Below the pieces are notes generated by a model that searched no databases, was not told the DNA's origin, and worked only from the letters and a program-made list of their open reading frames with translations. A stretch of DNA of 64,000 nucleotides from a bacterium. Lineage in GTDB: Bacteria; Patescibacteriota; Microgenomatia; Levybacterales; UBA12049. The stretch is taken from contig JAKALS010000002.1 of NCBI GenBank assembly GCA_021813145.1, forward strand, positions 149,862-213,861, read 5' to 3'. Positions 50,280 to 60,524 of this stretch are shown here, piece by piece. Made by a program: the position numbers and the translations under genes. Numbering within the stretch: position 1 is the stretch's first letter; the number at the start of each line of letters is the position of its first letter.

Positions 50280-51799
50280 TTAATTAGTATTTTCCTATCT
50301 TTTACAAGTAAAATCAAAATTAAAATCAATCCCAGAAAAGATAGCATGTCCGAAAATAATCTTAGGGGTGTTTCGGTAAAATAAATTTCTATATTGTGAT
50401 TTCCTTTGTTAACGGTAAATCTTATAAGTCCGTTAGTTTTATAATCTATAGCTGTTTTCATATTATCAACCTTTACTACCCATCCCGGAAAATAAACCGA
50501 GTTATACTGAAGAACCGAATACGAAGATGTGTTGATAAAAAGGGTAGTTTTGTTTCCGTTTGTAAAAAGATTCTGTACCTTTGCGTTTCCTTTTATAACC
50601 GTTATTTTTGAGGTTTGGTCTGTTGGGATATTCTTAACCCATTTTGGCATATATTCGTTTTTTACGGTTGTCGTATCCTGATTGGTGGAATAAAAAGTAT
50701 CCGGGTAATACTGGTAATTTTGAGGAACAAGAAAATCCTTTGCCGAATAAAGAATCACCCCTATAAATAAAACGGCAAAAAGTATTTTTATTTTGCCTTT
50801 GAGTAAATTAATCTGAGAAGCCGCAAGAAAAGAAGCTCCCAAAAGCACATAAGATATTAACCTGAACGGAAACTGTATATACGATGTAAAAGGGAAATAT
50901 TTCCAAAAAAGCGAAGTTACTGGAAATACAAACAGAGCAGTTATTAATGTTGTTGTCAAAAAATAAATAGTCTCTTTTTTCCTGTCGAAATAAAGAAGAG
51001 CAAAAGAACATAAAACGATTACAAAAAATACGGGACCCAAAAGATTCAGGTCTTTTAAGTTTAAAAAATATCCGGAGAAATCGGAAACGGGAGTTTTGTC
51101 AAAAACCGTAAACTGCTTATCGTATAAAGCGGGCAGCCAGAAAAAGGCAGATAATAAAAGTCCCAAGACAAAAGACTTAAACATAAAAAGAATCTCTTTT
51201 TTTAAGAGCATGTAAAGGATTAAAAACGGGAAAAAGATAAAAGCAAGAGTGTTATGCGCAGTGACAAGAAGCGCTATGCCAAGACCTGTAAATATATAAT
51301 TTTTTCTCTCGGTCTGCCAAAATATAAAAGGCGCAATAGATAGAGCAAGAACTTCACCGACAGATCCTCTTTTATAAACATCGTAAAGGTGATAAGGAAA
51401 AAGAGTGTAAAGAGTTGCTCCGACAAACGAAGAGATATTATCAAAAAATTTCCTAAGCCATAGATAGGTAAAGACAGAAGAAAACAGTAAAGAAAGACCA
51501 AGTATGACCTTTATCGTATCAACAAAATTAAATCTTAGGATATGAATCAAAACGCCGATATACATAAAAAGCGGATACAAAAAATCGGCGACGGGATAAC
51601 CGAAACCGTCATTAAGCCTCGGAAGATATCTTACGGGAAACTGTCCGTTGCGCAAAGCCTCGTAAAAAGCCGAAAACCTTATTACCATCCAGTTTCCGTC
51701 ATCTGTTGCAAAGAAACCCGGATGCAACAGTCCGATAAGAGCCGGAACGACAAAAATTAACGAGAGACATAAAAAAATAATATTACTTCTTTTTTTCAT
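50276..51799 (-). CDS. polytopic membrane protein, GT-C-like paralog family B
   Basis: 507 aa; 'LLHPGFFATDDGNWMVIRFSAFYEALRNGQFPVRYLPRLNDGFGYPVADFLYPLFMY'. Confidence 0.5.
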   Translation of the reverse strand: MKKRSNIIFLCLSLIFVVPALIGLLHPGFFATDDGNWMVIRFSAFYEALRNGQFPVRYLPRLNDGFGYPVADFLYPLFMYIGVLIHILRFNFVDTIKVILGLSLLFSSVFTYLWLRKFFDNISSFVGATLYTLFPYHLYDVYKRGSVGEVLALSIAPFIFWQTERKNYIFTGLGIALLVTAHNTLAFIFFPFLILYMLLKKEILFMFKSFVLGLLLSAFFWLPALYDKQFTVFDKTPVSDFSGYFLNLKDLNLLGPVFFVIVLCSFALLYFDRKKETIYFLTTTLITALFVFPVTSLFWKYFPFTSYIQFPFRLISYVLLGASFLAASQINLLKGKIKILFAVLFIGVILYSAKDFLVPQNYQYYPDTFYSTNQDTTTVKNEYMPKWVKNIPTDQTSKITVIKGNAKVQNLFTNGNKTTLFINTSSYSVLQYNSVYFPGWVVKVDNMKTAIDYKTNGLIRFTVNKGNHNIEIYFTETPLRLFSDMLSFLGLILILILLVKDRKILIK

Positions 51800-54158
51800 A
51801 AAATCTTGTAATAAAAAATATTATAAGCAATAAGCCTAAGGATGCGCCCGAAAGAGCTATTCCCCGTACAAAACTAACCGGGTCGTAAGAAAAGACAACG
51901 TTATGTTCTCCTTTTGGAACGGCAACGGCCCTAAACGAATAGTCGGCCCTTAATAAATTTGTCTTAACCCCGTCTACGTATGCGCTCCATTCGGGGTAAT
52001 AATTATCCGAGAGAAAGAGCAAAGAATTCCCGTTTGTTTTTACCGAAAAGCTTACTTCGTTTGCAGTATATGACAAAAGCCGTACGCCGCCTTTTGAATT
52101 TTTATCTATCTTAATACCGGGACTCTTCTCCAAAAGTAAAGTTTTTCTCAAGTCTATCCCACTGTAAATTGAGCTTAGGATATGACTCCTATTTTCTACT
52201 TTAAAGTTATTTGCAAGAAAAAATCTCGGGAGAGCATTTTTATTTTCGTAGACTTGCCAGGGATAAACTTTGTAAACAAGCGAATATTCTTTTTCGGGGA
52301 AGGTCGTCAAATCTGGTTGTTCCCATGCTCCTAAAAGCTGCTGTTTTTGAAGAACATATTTAACTCCCAGAAGGTTAAGAACAGTTTGCCTGAAACCGTT
52401 ATTTTTTAAATCGTCAGGTCCGTAACCCGGCGCTATATTAGCATCGGGCCTTGGTAAAACTTCAGGAAGTGTTCCGGTTTTTGAAGAAGCCAAAAGCTCG
52501 GTATAGGCTGCAATATGTAAAGGGTCGTTTCCCTCGGGCGAATAAGTCCCGTCGACACTTTGGTAATTTGCAGGTATATAGCCGGAACCGTAACCCCAGA
52601 ATCTGTTTATTCCCGCGGTTTCTTTTATATAAGAGATTATGGGCGTGTTCGGATAAGTAAGCTGCGCCGGTGAGAAAGGCGTAATTTTATTGAAAAAATA
52701 AAAAAGGTCAAAGCTTACCAATAACAAGACAATAATAAAAGCCAGATTCTTATTTACTCTTTTAAGGTAAAAAGCAACCAGAATGCCAAAGGCCAGAACA
52801 GTAGGCAGAATCAGGTTATGCTTTGTTACCGAGATATTTGAAGGATCAATAGCAATAAATTTAGGAAGTAAAAATACTACGCCCCAGATAAGAGCATAAA
52901 AAATAACAAAAAATACAGGGAAAAGCGATTTATAATTTTTTTCTTTTAACCAGTTGTCTATCCCCAAAGCCCCCAAGATTATTACCGAAAAAATAAATAT
53001 ATTAAGTTCTCTTGTCGGAACAGTTGTCGAGACCATCGGGATAGGCAAAAGGTATAAAAATTTTATTCCCGGTAAATTTGAGGCGATTATCAAAGATAAA
53101 AACGCAAGGACAGAAAAGAAAAATTTTTCCGGATTTTTGGATTTGAAAACAGAATAAATCGCAAAAAACAAAATCCCAACTCCGGCGTACATAACTGTTT
53201 CTATATATGTACCGTTATACCAATAGTTCCTTGTTGCAGGATTTCCGAAAAAGTCCGGAACAAAAGCTGTTATCCAATAATAAAAAGGGGCGAGCATTTT
53301 TGATATCTGGCCAAGAGTATAAGCTCCCCTTGTGGAATCGGAAAACAACACAAGCGTTGGGTAAAGTTGAAAAAAAGTCAAAGCTATGGGAAATATTAAC
53401 GAAACAGCAAAGAGAAAGTTTCTTTTATGTTTTAAGGTTCTTTTTTTATCCCTAAAAAATAGAAACAGGAAATAAAGAAAGCTTATTACATAAATATAAA
53501 AAACTCCCTGTATGTATCCAGCAAGAAATGAAACCGAAATAATAAGTGTTAGTATTAAAAAATCAAGAGACGAAAATTTTTCGTAAAGCCTTTTTACAAA
53601 AAGCAAAATAAACGGAAGCCATAAAAGAGTACTCCCGATATTGCCGTACTCTATCCAGACAGTCATATATGAAGAGAAAGCAAAGGCAATACCCCCTATA
53701 ATAGATGCCTGTTTTGAAAGCGACAATCCCCTGCAAAGAAAAAGGTACATAAAAATAGCGGCAAGAAAAGGCTGGAGCATAATAATAATTGTCCAGGCAA
53801 GATTAAAAGGCAGGCCAAGGTACAAAAGATTGAAAGGATAAAAAAGACCTGTCTGGAAATTGGCAAGCTGCGGATTGCCGGAAAAATTATGCGGGTTCCA
53901 GAAAGGAATGCTTCCTCCTTTAACCTGACTAATAGAAAAATAACGCCAGGGGTATATCTCGTTTATTACATCCGGGCCCTGAGCTTTATTGGGATACCCA
54001 CCGGGAGGAAAACCCAGATAAGACTGTGTATTATAAGGATTTTCGCTTACCAGAAGGTCTCCGGGAAAAGGAATTTGTCCCTTAAAAACAGGATAAAAAA
54101 ATAGGCAGACGACAACGGATATCAGAAGAAAAGACCAGAACTTTTTTATCTTATTCAT
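51783..54158 (-). CDS. YfhO-family membrane glycosyltransferase-like protein (paralog 3 of 3)
   Basis: 791 aa; 'DVINEIYPWRY...IPFWNPHNFSGNPQLANFQTGLFYPFNLLYL'. Confidence 0.55.
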   Translation of the reverse strand: MNKIKKFWSFLLISVVVCLFFYPVFKGQIPFPGDLLVSENPYNTQSYLGFPPGGYPNKAQGPDVINEIYPWRYFSISQVKGGSIPFWNPHNFSGNPQLANFQTGLFYPFNLLYLGLPFNLAWTIIIMLQPFLAAIFMYLFLCRGLSLSKQASIIGGIAFAFSSYMTVWIEYGNIGSTLLWLPFILLFVKRLYEKFSSLDFLILTLIISVSFLAGYIQGVFYIYVISFLYFLFLFFRDKKRTLKHKRNFLFAVSLIFPIALTFFQLYPTLVLFSDSTRGAYTLGQISKMLAPFYYWITAFVPDFFGNPATRNYWYNGTYIETVMYAGVGILFFAIYSVFKSKNPEKFFFSVLAFLSLIIASNLPGIKFLYLLPIPMVSTTVPTRELNIFIFSVIILGALGIDNWLKEKNYKSLFPVFFVIFYALIWGVVFLLPKFIAIDPSNISVTKHNLILPTVLAFGILVAFYLKRVNKNLAFIIVLLLVSFDLFYFFNKITPFSPAQLTYPNTPIISYIKETAGINRFWGYGSGYIPANYQSVDGTYSPEGNDPLHIAAYTELLASSKTGTLPEVLPRPDANIAPGYGPDDLKNNGFRQTVLNLLGVKYVLQKQQLLGAWEQPDLTTFPEKEYSLVYKVYPWQVYENKNALPRFFLANNFKVENRSHILSSIYSGIDLRKTLLLEKSPGIKIDKNSKGGVRLLSYTANEVSFSVKTNGNSLLFLSDNYYPEWSAYVDGVKTNLLRADYSFRAVAVPKGEHNVVFSYDPVSFVRGIALSGASLGLLLIIFFITRFYEKKK

Positions 54159-55690
54159 TATTGCGGCAAAATCTGATAAACCCTATAAAGATAATTACTG
54201 TTTCCTTCTGACACTTGAAATATTAATTTAAGCGGAAAATTTTGAGGAATTACCTGGTGCTCGGGCTGGTAGAAAATGAAATAGGAGGGCATCTTTTTTG
54301 CATATGCCAAAGCCTCGGCAGGCAACTGGTTTCCGATAGGCCAAAATCCTTTTATTGTTACATTCGGATTTTGTATAAGGTACAATTCCATGGATTCGGG
54401 CATAAGACCGAAGGTGCCTTCTGTCCCTATAAATATTTTTCCGCTCATGGCTTTCTGACTGAAGAATTCTACGCTTTTTCTTACTCCCCAACCCGCAGAC
54501 CAGCTTCCTATATACTGGTTGTAATCGCTGTCTGCGATTGAAGCTTTTACGGGGTTTTGGGCAAATACAAAAGAAACGTATCCCGAATAAGCTACAAAGA
54601 TCAAAACAATAATAAAACTAAGGATTATTTTTGAACTTAAAGTTTTTAAATTCAGTTTTTCAATAATATAAACGGTTATATAATCCAATGACCAGGCCGC
54701 CAAAGGAAGAAGAAAAAGGCTCATAAAATATATAAACCTCGGAAATATAACTCTTCCGAAAAGCGCCAGTCCTACAAACGGAAATGCAAAATATGCCAAT
54801 AAAAGCAATTTTTCCCTCGGATACCTAAAGATAAAAACAATCGAAAAAAGAATAAGAAGAATATACGGAAGCTTAAGATATTGGACAAGCCAACTGAAAA
54901 GCCCGTGAAGATTTCCCACAAAAAACGTAAACGGGTGGTGTATCCACTGCGAGAATGGATAGACAAATACGGCATTTTTTGCCGATATCATTTCAAAAAG
55001 CGGAGAAAGCCTTAGAACAGAATACAGAATCTGGGAAATAACAACCGCAAATAATAAATAGAGAATTAATCTTATAATCCTGTTCTTTAAAAACTTGGAT
55101 TTAAAATCAAATAAAAGGACAAGAAAAGGCATTGAATATATGCTGAAAAAATCGGAGGTTTTGGTAAGAGTTCCTGCACCTATAACAAAACCCAGGGTAT
55201 AGGCTATATCCAGCCTTATTCTCCTTACAAGAAGAACAGAAAAATATAATGCCCAAACAGCAAGAGTTCCGACCATTCCATCCATCAAGGCCATTCTGTC
55301 GTATACCTGGGCAAAAGGATAAAAAACGTAAAGTATTGCGGTAAAAAAAGCTATTTTTCTGTTTTTAAAAAGCTCAAAGCTCAACAGCCAAAGCCCTGTC
55401 ATTGTAAAAAAACCCGAAAGCACAGAAACGAGTCTTCCGGCAAGTAGCGGATCTTTTATAAACTTCATAAAAACCATCATGAACCAGACAAAAAGAGGCT
55501 GCTTACCGTCCGTTAATGAAATAAACCTCCAGGAAGAGTCATGAAGGGCAATCTGAGCCCAACGAAGATATATTGCCTCGTCGGTGAACATGGGAAGAGT
55601 TTCCAGAAAAACCAGCCTTAATATGAAATATGCCGCGGAAATCAAAAGAGCAAGAATGATTTCGTTTCTGAATTTTGAAATCAAATTCAT
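54158..55690 (-). CDS. GT39/GT83 (ArnT/PMT-like) glycosyltransferase
   Basis: 510 aa; 'LETLPMFTDEAIYLRWAQIAL' (loop-1 D-E-A motif), more than 10 TM helices. Confidence 0.6.
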   Translation of the reverse strand: MNLISKFRNEIILALLISAAYFILRLVFLETLPMFTDEAIYLRWAQIALHDSSWRFISLTDGKQPLFVWFMMVFMKFIKDPLLAGRLVSVLSGFFTMTGLWLLSFELFKNRKIAFFTAILYVFYPFAQVYDRMALMDGMVGTLAVWALYFSVLLVRRIRLDIAYTLGFVIGAGTLTKTSDFFSIYSMPFLVLLFDFKSKFLKNRIIRLILYLLFAVVISQILYSVLRLSPLFEMISAKNAVFVYPFSQWIHHPFTFFVGNLHGLFSWLVQYLKLPYILLILFSIVFIFRYPREKLLLLAYFAFPFVGLALFGRVIFPRFIYFMSLFLLPLAAWSLDYITVYIIEKLNLKTLSSKIILSFIIVLIFVAYSGYVSFVFAQNPVKASIADSDYNQYIGSWSAGWGVRKSVEFFSQKAMSGKIFIGTEGTFGLMPESMELYLIQNPNVTIKGFWPIGNQLPAEALAYAKKMPSYFIFYQPEHQVIPQNFPLKLIFQVSEGNSNYLYRVYQILPQ

Positions 55691-55721
55691 ACAACGATTA
55701 TAGTAAAATCCCCCTCTTCAA

Positions 55722-56900
55722 TCAACGCCTTAAAAGATTTTGCCAAAGGAAATAAAAAGAGGTTAAAACTATCAAAACAATAACACCGGCAACTTCTATA
55801 TTAAAAATTACAAAAGGATAACCTTTTGCGTAATCCGTCATATAAACATACGCTATATAAATAAATGTAGAAAATAGGGAAGCAGCAGCGGAAGGGATAA
55901 AAACATAGTACTTTTTAGGAACAAAAGAAGCCATGGATAAAGGCAAAAGCATGTACCAAGGCTGATAGGTTGTTCTAACCGAAGCAAGTATTACGGTCAA
56001 AAGTGAAAGGAAAAAAGAATAAATAAAAATCTTCTCCCAATCTACCTTCTTTTTTATCTTTTCCAAATACATGAGATAAAAAATTATGGGAACAAACACT
56101 CCCGTTGAAAATTTAACGCCTACGGAAAGTAAATAGAAAATCCCGGAAGCAATTCTTTTCCGCATAAGATACAAATAAACAGACAGAAGAAAAAGAAAAA
56201 TCATCGGAATATCGTTATGGGCCGAGACAAGAGATTCTATTATTACGAGCGGATTAAAAGCGAAAAACGAAAGGTTGATGAACTTATTTTCCGGAAAAAG
56301 CTTATCCGAAATTTTATAGATAAAATAACAGCTTCCAAGATAAGAAAGCCCCATTAAAATTTTGAACATAAAAAAAGTCGGAAGAAAAATATTCATTCCC
56401 AAAAAAGATAAAGGAACGGTAAGCAAAAGCCAGGTCGGACCGTACGGATAAGTCCTATGCGTCCAACGCATAAAGTTAAGCATCGGGTCGCCGGGAAAAT
56501 CCGAGGCCTTGTGGATATAGGGATTTTGGGCGTAATGGGTTATTATTTTTGCGTCGAAAATATAATTAAAAAGATCGTAAGAAAAGGCATTATAGGAAAA
56601 AACAAGAATTATGAAAGTTACGGGGATAAGAATCTTAAAATATTTTAGATTCAATTTATTTTTTAAGGACAAATATAACGTTAAAATATAACACGCAAAT
56701 AAGACCAAAAGTATTATTGTAAAAATTTCCGAGGACAACGGCCTTTGAAAAAAACCAATATACTGGAAATTTTTCTCTATAGTCTGATATATCGAAGCCC
56801 TTGAGAGAGTAAGGCTTAAATCGACTTGAGTAAAAGAATAGAAAAAAAGAACTATTAATGCCGTAACATAAGAGGCAGAAAGAAGCCACAACTTTTTCAT
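55722..56900 (-). CDS. polytopic membrane protein, GT-C-like (family unassigned)
   Basis: 392 aa, about 10 TM helices; immediately downstream of and overlapping a Dpm1-like GT2 gene. Confidence 0.4.
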   Translation of the reverse strand: MKKLWLLSASYVTALIVLFFYSFTQVDLSLTLSRASIYQTIEKNFQYIGFFQRPLSSEIFTIILLVLFACYILTLYLSLKNKLNLKYFKILIPVTFIILVFSYNAFSYDLFNYIFDAKIITHYAQNPYIHKASDFPGDPMLNFMRWTHRTYPYGPTWLLLTVPLSFLGMNIFLPTFFMFKILMGLSYLGSCYFIYKISDKLFPENKFINLSFFAFNPLVIIESLVSAHNDIPMIFLFLLSVYLYLMRKRIASGIFYLLSVGVKFSTGVFVPIIFYLMYLEKIKKKVDWEKIFIYSFFLSLLTVILASVRTTYQPWYMLLPLSMASFVPKKYYVFIPSAAASLFSTFIYIAYVYMTDYAKGYPFVIFNIEVAGVIVLIVLTSFYFLWQNLLRR

Positions 56901-57673
56901 AAATTATTGTATTTTCCCTTTATCGCATTAACCTTTATATTTATTAAATCTGTAAAAGCGCTTAAGGAATCTTTAACGGGGCTTACTCTTCTTGATTCGA
57001 CATAAAGCCAGTTAACGGGTACCTCTTTTATCTTATAACCCTCCTTTTGGGCAAGAAAAAGAAGTTCAACATCAAAACCGGCTTTAACTGCCGAACCGGA
57101 AATTGTTTTAAAACCGTGATGAAACTTTTTAAGCTTTTCAAAAAGGTTCAGGGATGATTTTTGGCTGAAAATTTTGAATCCGCACTGGGTATCCGTAACT
57201 CCCTCTATGTTTCCCACAATTACTCTTCTTAAAAATATCATGCCTCTGCCCATTAAAGCTCTTGTCCAGGGAGCTCCTTTTCTTTGGGAGCTTCTGCTTC
57301 CTATTACAATATCATAATCCTTTAAAAAAGGGCTTAATTTGTCTAATTCTTCTATAGGAGTTGCCTGGTCCATATCGGTAAAAAGCCTGTAGTCTCCCTG
57401 AGCTTTTAACATTCCCGCCGTCACTGCGCCCGCTTTTCCCGTATGCGAGTTTTCAAGAAGTATAAAATTATTATTATCTTTTACAAATTTTCTTAAAAAC
57501 TCCTGGCTTCCGTCTGTTGAGCCATCGTCTACGATTATTACCTCGTATTGATATTTTTGCTTTCCCAAAAAATGTCCGACTTTATCGAGTACGCCCTTTT
57601 GGAGATTTGCCATTTCGTTATAACACGGGATTATTACGGAAAGATATATTTTATTCACAAAAGAATTATACAA
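56897..57673 (-). CDS. GT2 Dpm1-like polyprenyl-phosphate sugar synthase (soluble)
   Basis: 258 aa; 'LSVIIPCYNEMANL...EVIIVDDGSTDGS...GKAGAVTAG...FTDMDQA'. Confidence 0.75.
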   Translation of the reverse strand: MYNSFVNKIYLSVIIPCYNEMANLQKGVLDKVGHFLGKQKYQYEVIIVDDGSTDGSQEFLRKFVKDNNNFILLENSHTGKAGAVTAGMLKAQGDYRLFTDMDQATPIEELDKLSPFLKDYDIVIGSRSSQRKGAPWTRALMGRGMIFLRRVIVGNIEGVTDTQCGFKIFSQKSSLNLFEKLKKFHHGFKTISGSAVKAGFDVELLFLAQKEGYKIKEVPVNWLYVESRRVSPVKDSLSAFTDLINIKVNAIKGKYNNL

Positions 57674-57700
57674 GAAATAAAAAGTCTTAACAAATAAGGA

Positions 57701-57729
57701 TTGACAAAAAAATTCCTATGATTTATAAA
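57701..57729 (+). promoter_or_regulatory. sigma70-type promoter: TTGACA - 17 nt - TATAAA
   Basis: Read directly: ttgaca(57701-06) aaaaaattcctatgatt tataaa(57724-29); 31 nt upstream of the ATG at 57761. Confidence 0.55.
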
Positions 57730-57760
57730 AGTATTTTGTATGTCTCTGCCCTAAAAATTT

Positions 57761-58981
57761 ATGTCGGCAGAAAAACCTATTAATTGGCCTATCGAAGATC
57801 CCCGGGATGGAAGAGGATTTCACTTTAAATACGAGAAACGACAAATACCCGATAGCTCCCTTAACTGGCCCATAGAAGACCCTCTCGATGGGAGGGGATT
57901 CCGTTTTGCAAGAGAAGAAAACTCAATACCTCCCGACTATATTAAAAGAAACCAATCATTTTGGAGAAAAGCGCAAAGAGGAATTTTTTCAAGACCGGCA
58001 GAACTTGGAATGAGCGCAACTTTTTTACACAGGAGAATAGTAGAAACTTTTAACCTTGAAAACGCACAAGAGTCTATTTTAGTCTGGTCAACTCTATTTG
58101 ATAAACCAAAAACTCCCTCCTCGGAATTTGTATATGCGGAGAGATTTCCGTCAAACATAAAAGAAGAAGATAGACAATATTGGACTGCGGGAATGGTAAA
58201 TATTACCGAATTTGCCACCAATTATGCTACCAGAGAATTTTTCAAAAAAAATGCCGATTTACCAATTGCAAGAAGTATTGCCGAGGTTTACGGCGAATTA
58301 GCGGATATGGCCACTTATAAAATCATGATAGGAGGCACTTATTACAGAATGCATGCAATCGAGGAGCAGGCAGTTCTAAGCGGGAAAGATTTTAAAGCTG
58401 CTATTTTTAAAGCTCTTTTTCAGCATGATTTCAATCCTATTAATAGTATCATTTCTGACACAAGCGGTTACTCCGGTTGCTCCAACATCGACGAACTGGC
58501 AATACAAATAGGAAAAAACAGGTTCAGAAAACCTGACTTGGGGAAGTGGCTGGGAAAATTGGAGATAGGAAATAAAGACGGGAAAATAAAGTCTAATTTA
58601 AAAAATTCCATTACCTCACTCGCAGCAGGGGGTGTATATCGAAATCCCGGGGTAACAGAAATTTCCGGAGCAATACCTTCTCTTTTTTACTTAGAAACAG
58701 GAGCAGTTTCGGGCCTAGAATTAAGTAGCATATTAAAAAATCCTCACTTTTCGCACATATTATCCTCTTTTCAATTTGACTCTCTTTTTGCTCTTGCTAC
58801 AAGCAAAGAATTAATGGCTTCTTTGGCACCCATTTTTTTAATCTATCCGTTTATTGCCGTTCATGAAAGCATACACAGTTATTCCTCGAATAAAGAATTT
58901 ATGGGTCTTCTCCCCGCAAGGATAGTAAGAAGAGAAAAAACTCCGGGGTTAATAGCATTAGAACCGGCAAGAAGAGCCTAG
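57761..58981 (+). CDS. hypothetical protein with N-terminal tandem 18-aa repeat (NWPIEDPxDGRGFxF x2)
   Basis: 406 aa; no TM-rich region, no motif I can assign; two imperfect ~45-bp DNA repeats at about 57779-57823 and 57851-57895. Confidence 0.5.
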   Translation: MSAEKPINWPIEDPRDGRGFHFKYEKRQIPDSSLNWPIEDPLDGRGFRFAREENSIPPDYIKRNQSFWRKAQRGIFSRPAELGMSATFLHRRIVETFNLENAQESILVWSTLFDKPKTPSSEFVYAERFPSNIKEEDRQYWTAGMVNITEFATNYATREFFKKNADLPIARSIAEVYGELADMATYKIMIGGTYYRMHAIEEQAVLSGKDFKAAIFKALFQHDFNPINSIISDTSGYSGCSNIDELAIQIGKNRFRKPDLGKWLGKLEIGNKDGKIKSNLKNSITSLAAGGVYRNPGVTEISGAIPSLFYLETGAVSGLELSSILKNPHFSHILSSFQFDSLFALATSKELMASLAPIFLIYPFIAVHESIHSYSSNKEFMGLLPARIVRREKTPGLIALEPARRA

Positions 58982-58982
58982 A

Positions 58983-60518
58983 TTACATCATACCTTCTCC
59001 GGGCTCCATTTTCGAAGCTGCAGCTCCCATTTCACTTGATGTTTCCTTAAGGAACATTGCCGAAATTGCACCCAAAAAAGTGACAAAGGAGGCCGCAAGG
59101 AAAACTGTGTTAAAAGACACAATATTTGCCTTTAATGCCATAAGATAGGCGATTTTAGCCAAAGTAGCAGGATCTGTCGTATTTATTACCGTGTATTTTT
59201 GTACATCAAAAATTGCGGAATTGGCGCTGTTGGTTAAAATAGTTGCAAAAATTGCTACTCCGAATGCACCGGCAATATTTCTAAAAAGTGCCAGTACCGA
59301 AGAGGCAACTCCAACTTCATGCATAGGGACTTTAGCTATAGCTGCATTTGTTAAGGGGGCAAAAGTCATTCCAAGGCCTAAAGCCAAGGCAAAAAGCAGA
59401 AGAGCAAGATGGAAGAAAGACCAAGTTAGATCTATTCCCGAAAATAGAAAAAGGGCAAAAGAAGCCCATATAAGGCCGGCGGCAACAACGTATCTTGGCT
59501 GGTATTTTATGGAAAGCCTTGCTCCTACTTGAGCCGCAGGAAGCATACCTAAAGCCATCGGAATAAAAAGATAACCTGTTTTGGTTACGTCATATTGTAA
59601 ATAACCCTGTACAAAAATAGGGAGTAGAAACAATCCGCCGATGAGACCCATAAATGTAATAAAAGACGCTATCATTGAAATCGTAAACTCCGGTATCTTA
59701 AAGAATTTAAGATCCACCACGGGCTCTATCTGCCTTTTTTCAATGAATATAAAAAGGATGAACGAAGACACAGATACAAGGAAAGTTAAAATGCTGTTAA
59801 AACTCGTCCATCCCCAAGATTGACCCTGATCCAAAACATATACTAAAGAACCAAGAGCAAGACCTAAGATTATTGAGCCGAAAACATCGAAATTTTTTAT
59901 TCCCTTTATCTTCTGAACGGGTTCCTCTATAAATCTCCATGCCATAAAAGTAGCTACTATCCCGAAGGGCACATTAATATAAAAGACCGATCTCCAGGAA
60001 AATGTGTCTATTAAAGGTCCACCTACTAAAGGCCCAAAAACAGCCGCAACGCCGAAAACCGCAGACCAAAGACCCATAGCCTGTGCCCTTTTTGCCTTGT
60101 CTTCAAAAGTAAAGGCAATGATGGAAAGCGCAAGAGGATAATCTATCGAAACGGTAATAGCCTGCAAAATCCTGAAAATTATCATCTGGGGAAGACTTGT
60201 GGAAAGTCCTGCAAAAACCGATGCGATAACAAAACCGACAATGCCAAAAAGGTATAAAGGCTTTTTTCCGATTAAATCACCGAGTTTTCCAAAAACAGGT
60301 ACAAAGATAGCGTTGGCAATAATATAGGCTGTAGATATCCAGCTTGCCTGGGAAACCGTAATTCCAAAATCCGAAATCATCTTAGGAAGGGCAAGGTTAA
60401 CAACCGTTCCGTCAAGTCTTCCCAAAAAACTTGCCAACATCACCGTTATAAGAATAATCCACTCATGCGGATGGAAACCCCCTCTTGGAGTTGATTTTTT
60501 AGAAACCGTCTTTACCAT
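58983..60518 (-). CDS. MFS transporter, DHA2 (EmrB/QacA-like, 14-TM) drug:H+ antiporter
   Basis: 511 aa; 'LASFLGRLDGTVVNLALPKMISDFG', 'GKLGDLIGKK', about 14 hydrophobic segments. Confidence 0.75.
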   Translation of the reverse strand: MVKTVSKKSTPRGGFHPHEWIILITVMLASFLGRLDGTVVNLALPKMISDFGITVSQASWISTAYIIANAIFVPVFGKLGDLIGKKPLYLFGIVGFVIASVFAGLSTSLPQMIIFRILQAITVSIDYPLALSIIAFTFEDKAKRAQAMGLWSAVFGVAAVFGPLVGGPLIDTFSWRSVFYINVPFGIVATFMAWRFIEEPVQKIKGIKNFDVFGSIILGLALGSLVYVLDQGQSWGWTSFNSILTFLVSVSSFILFIFIEKRQIEPVVDLKFFKIPEFTISMIASFITFMGLIGGLFLLPIFVQGYLQYDVTKTGYLFIPMALGMLPAAQVGARLSIKYQPRYVVAAGLIWASFALFLFSGIDLTWSFFHLALLLFALALGLGMTFAPLTNAAIAKVPMHEVGVASSVLALFRNIAGAFGVAIFATILTNSANSAIFDVQKYTVINTTDPATLAKIAYLMALKANIVSFNTVFLAASFVTFLGAISAMFLKETSSEMGAAASKMEPGEGMM

Positions 60519-60524
60519 AGTAAA

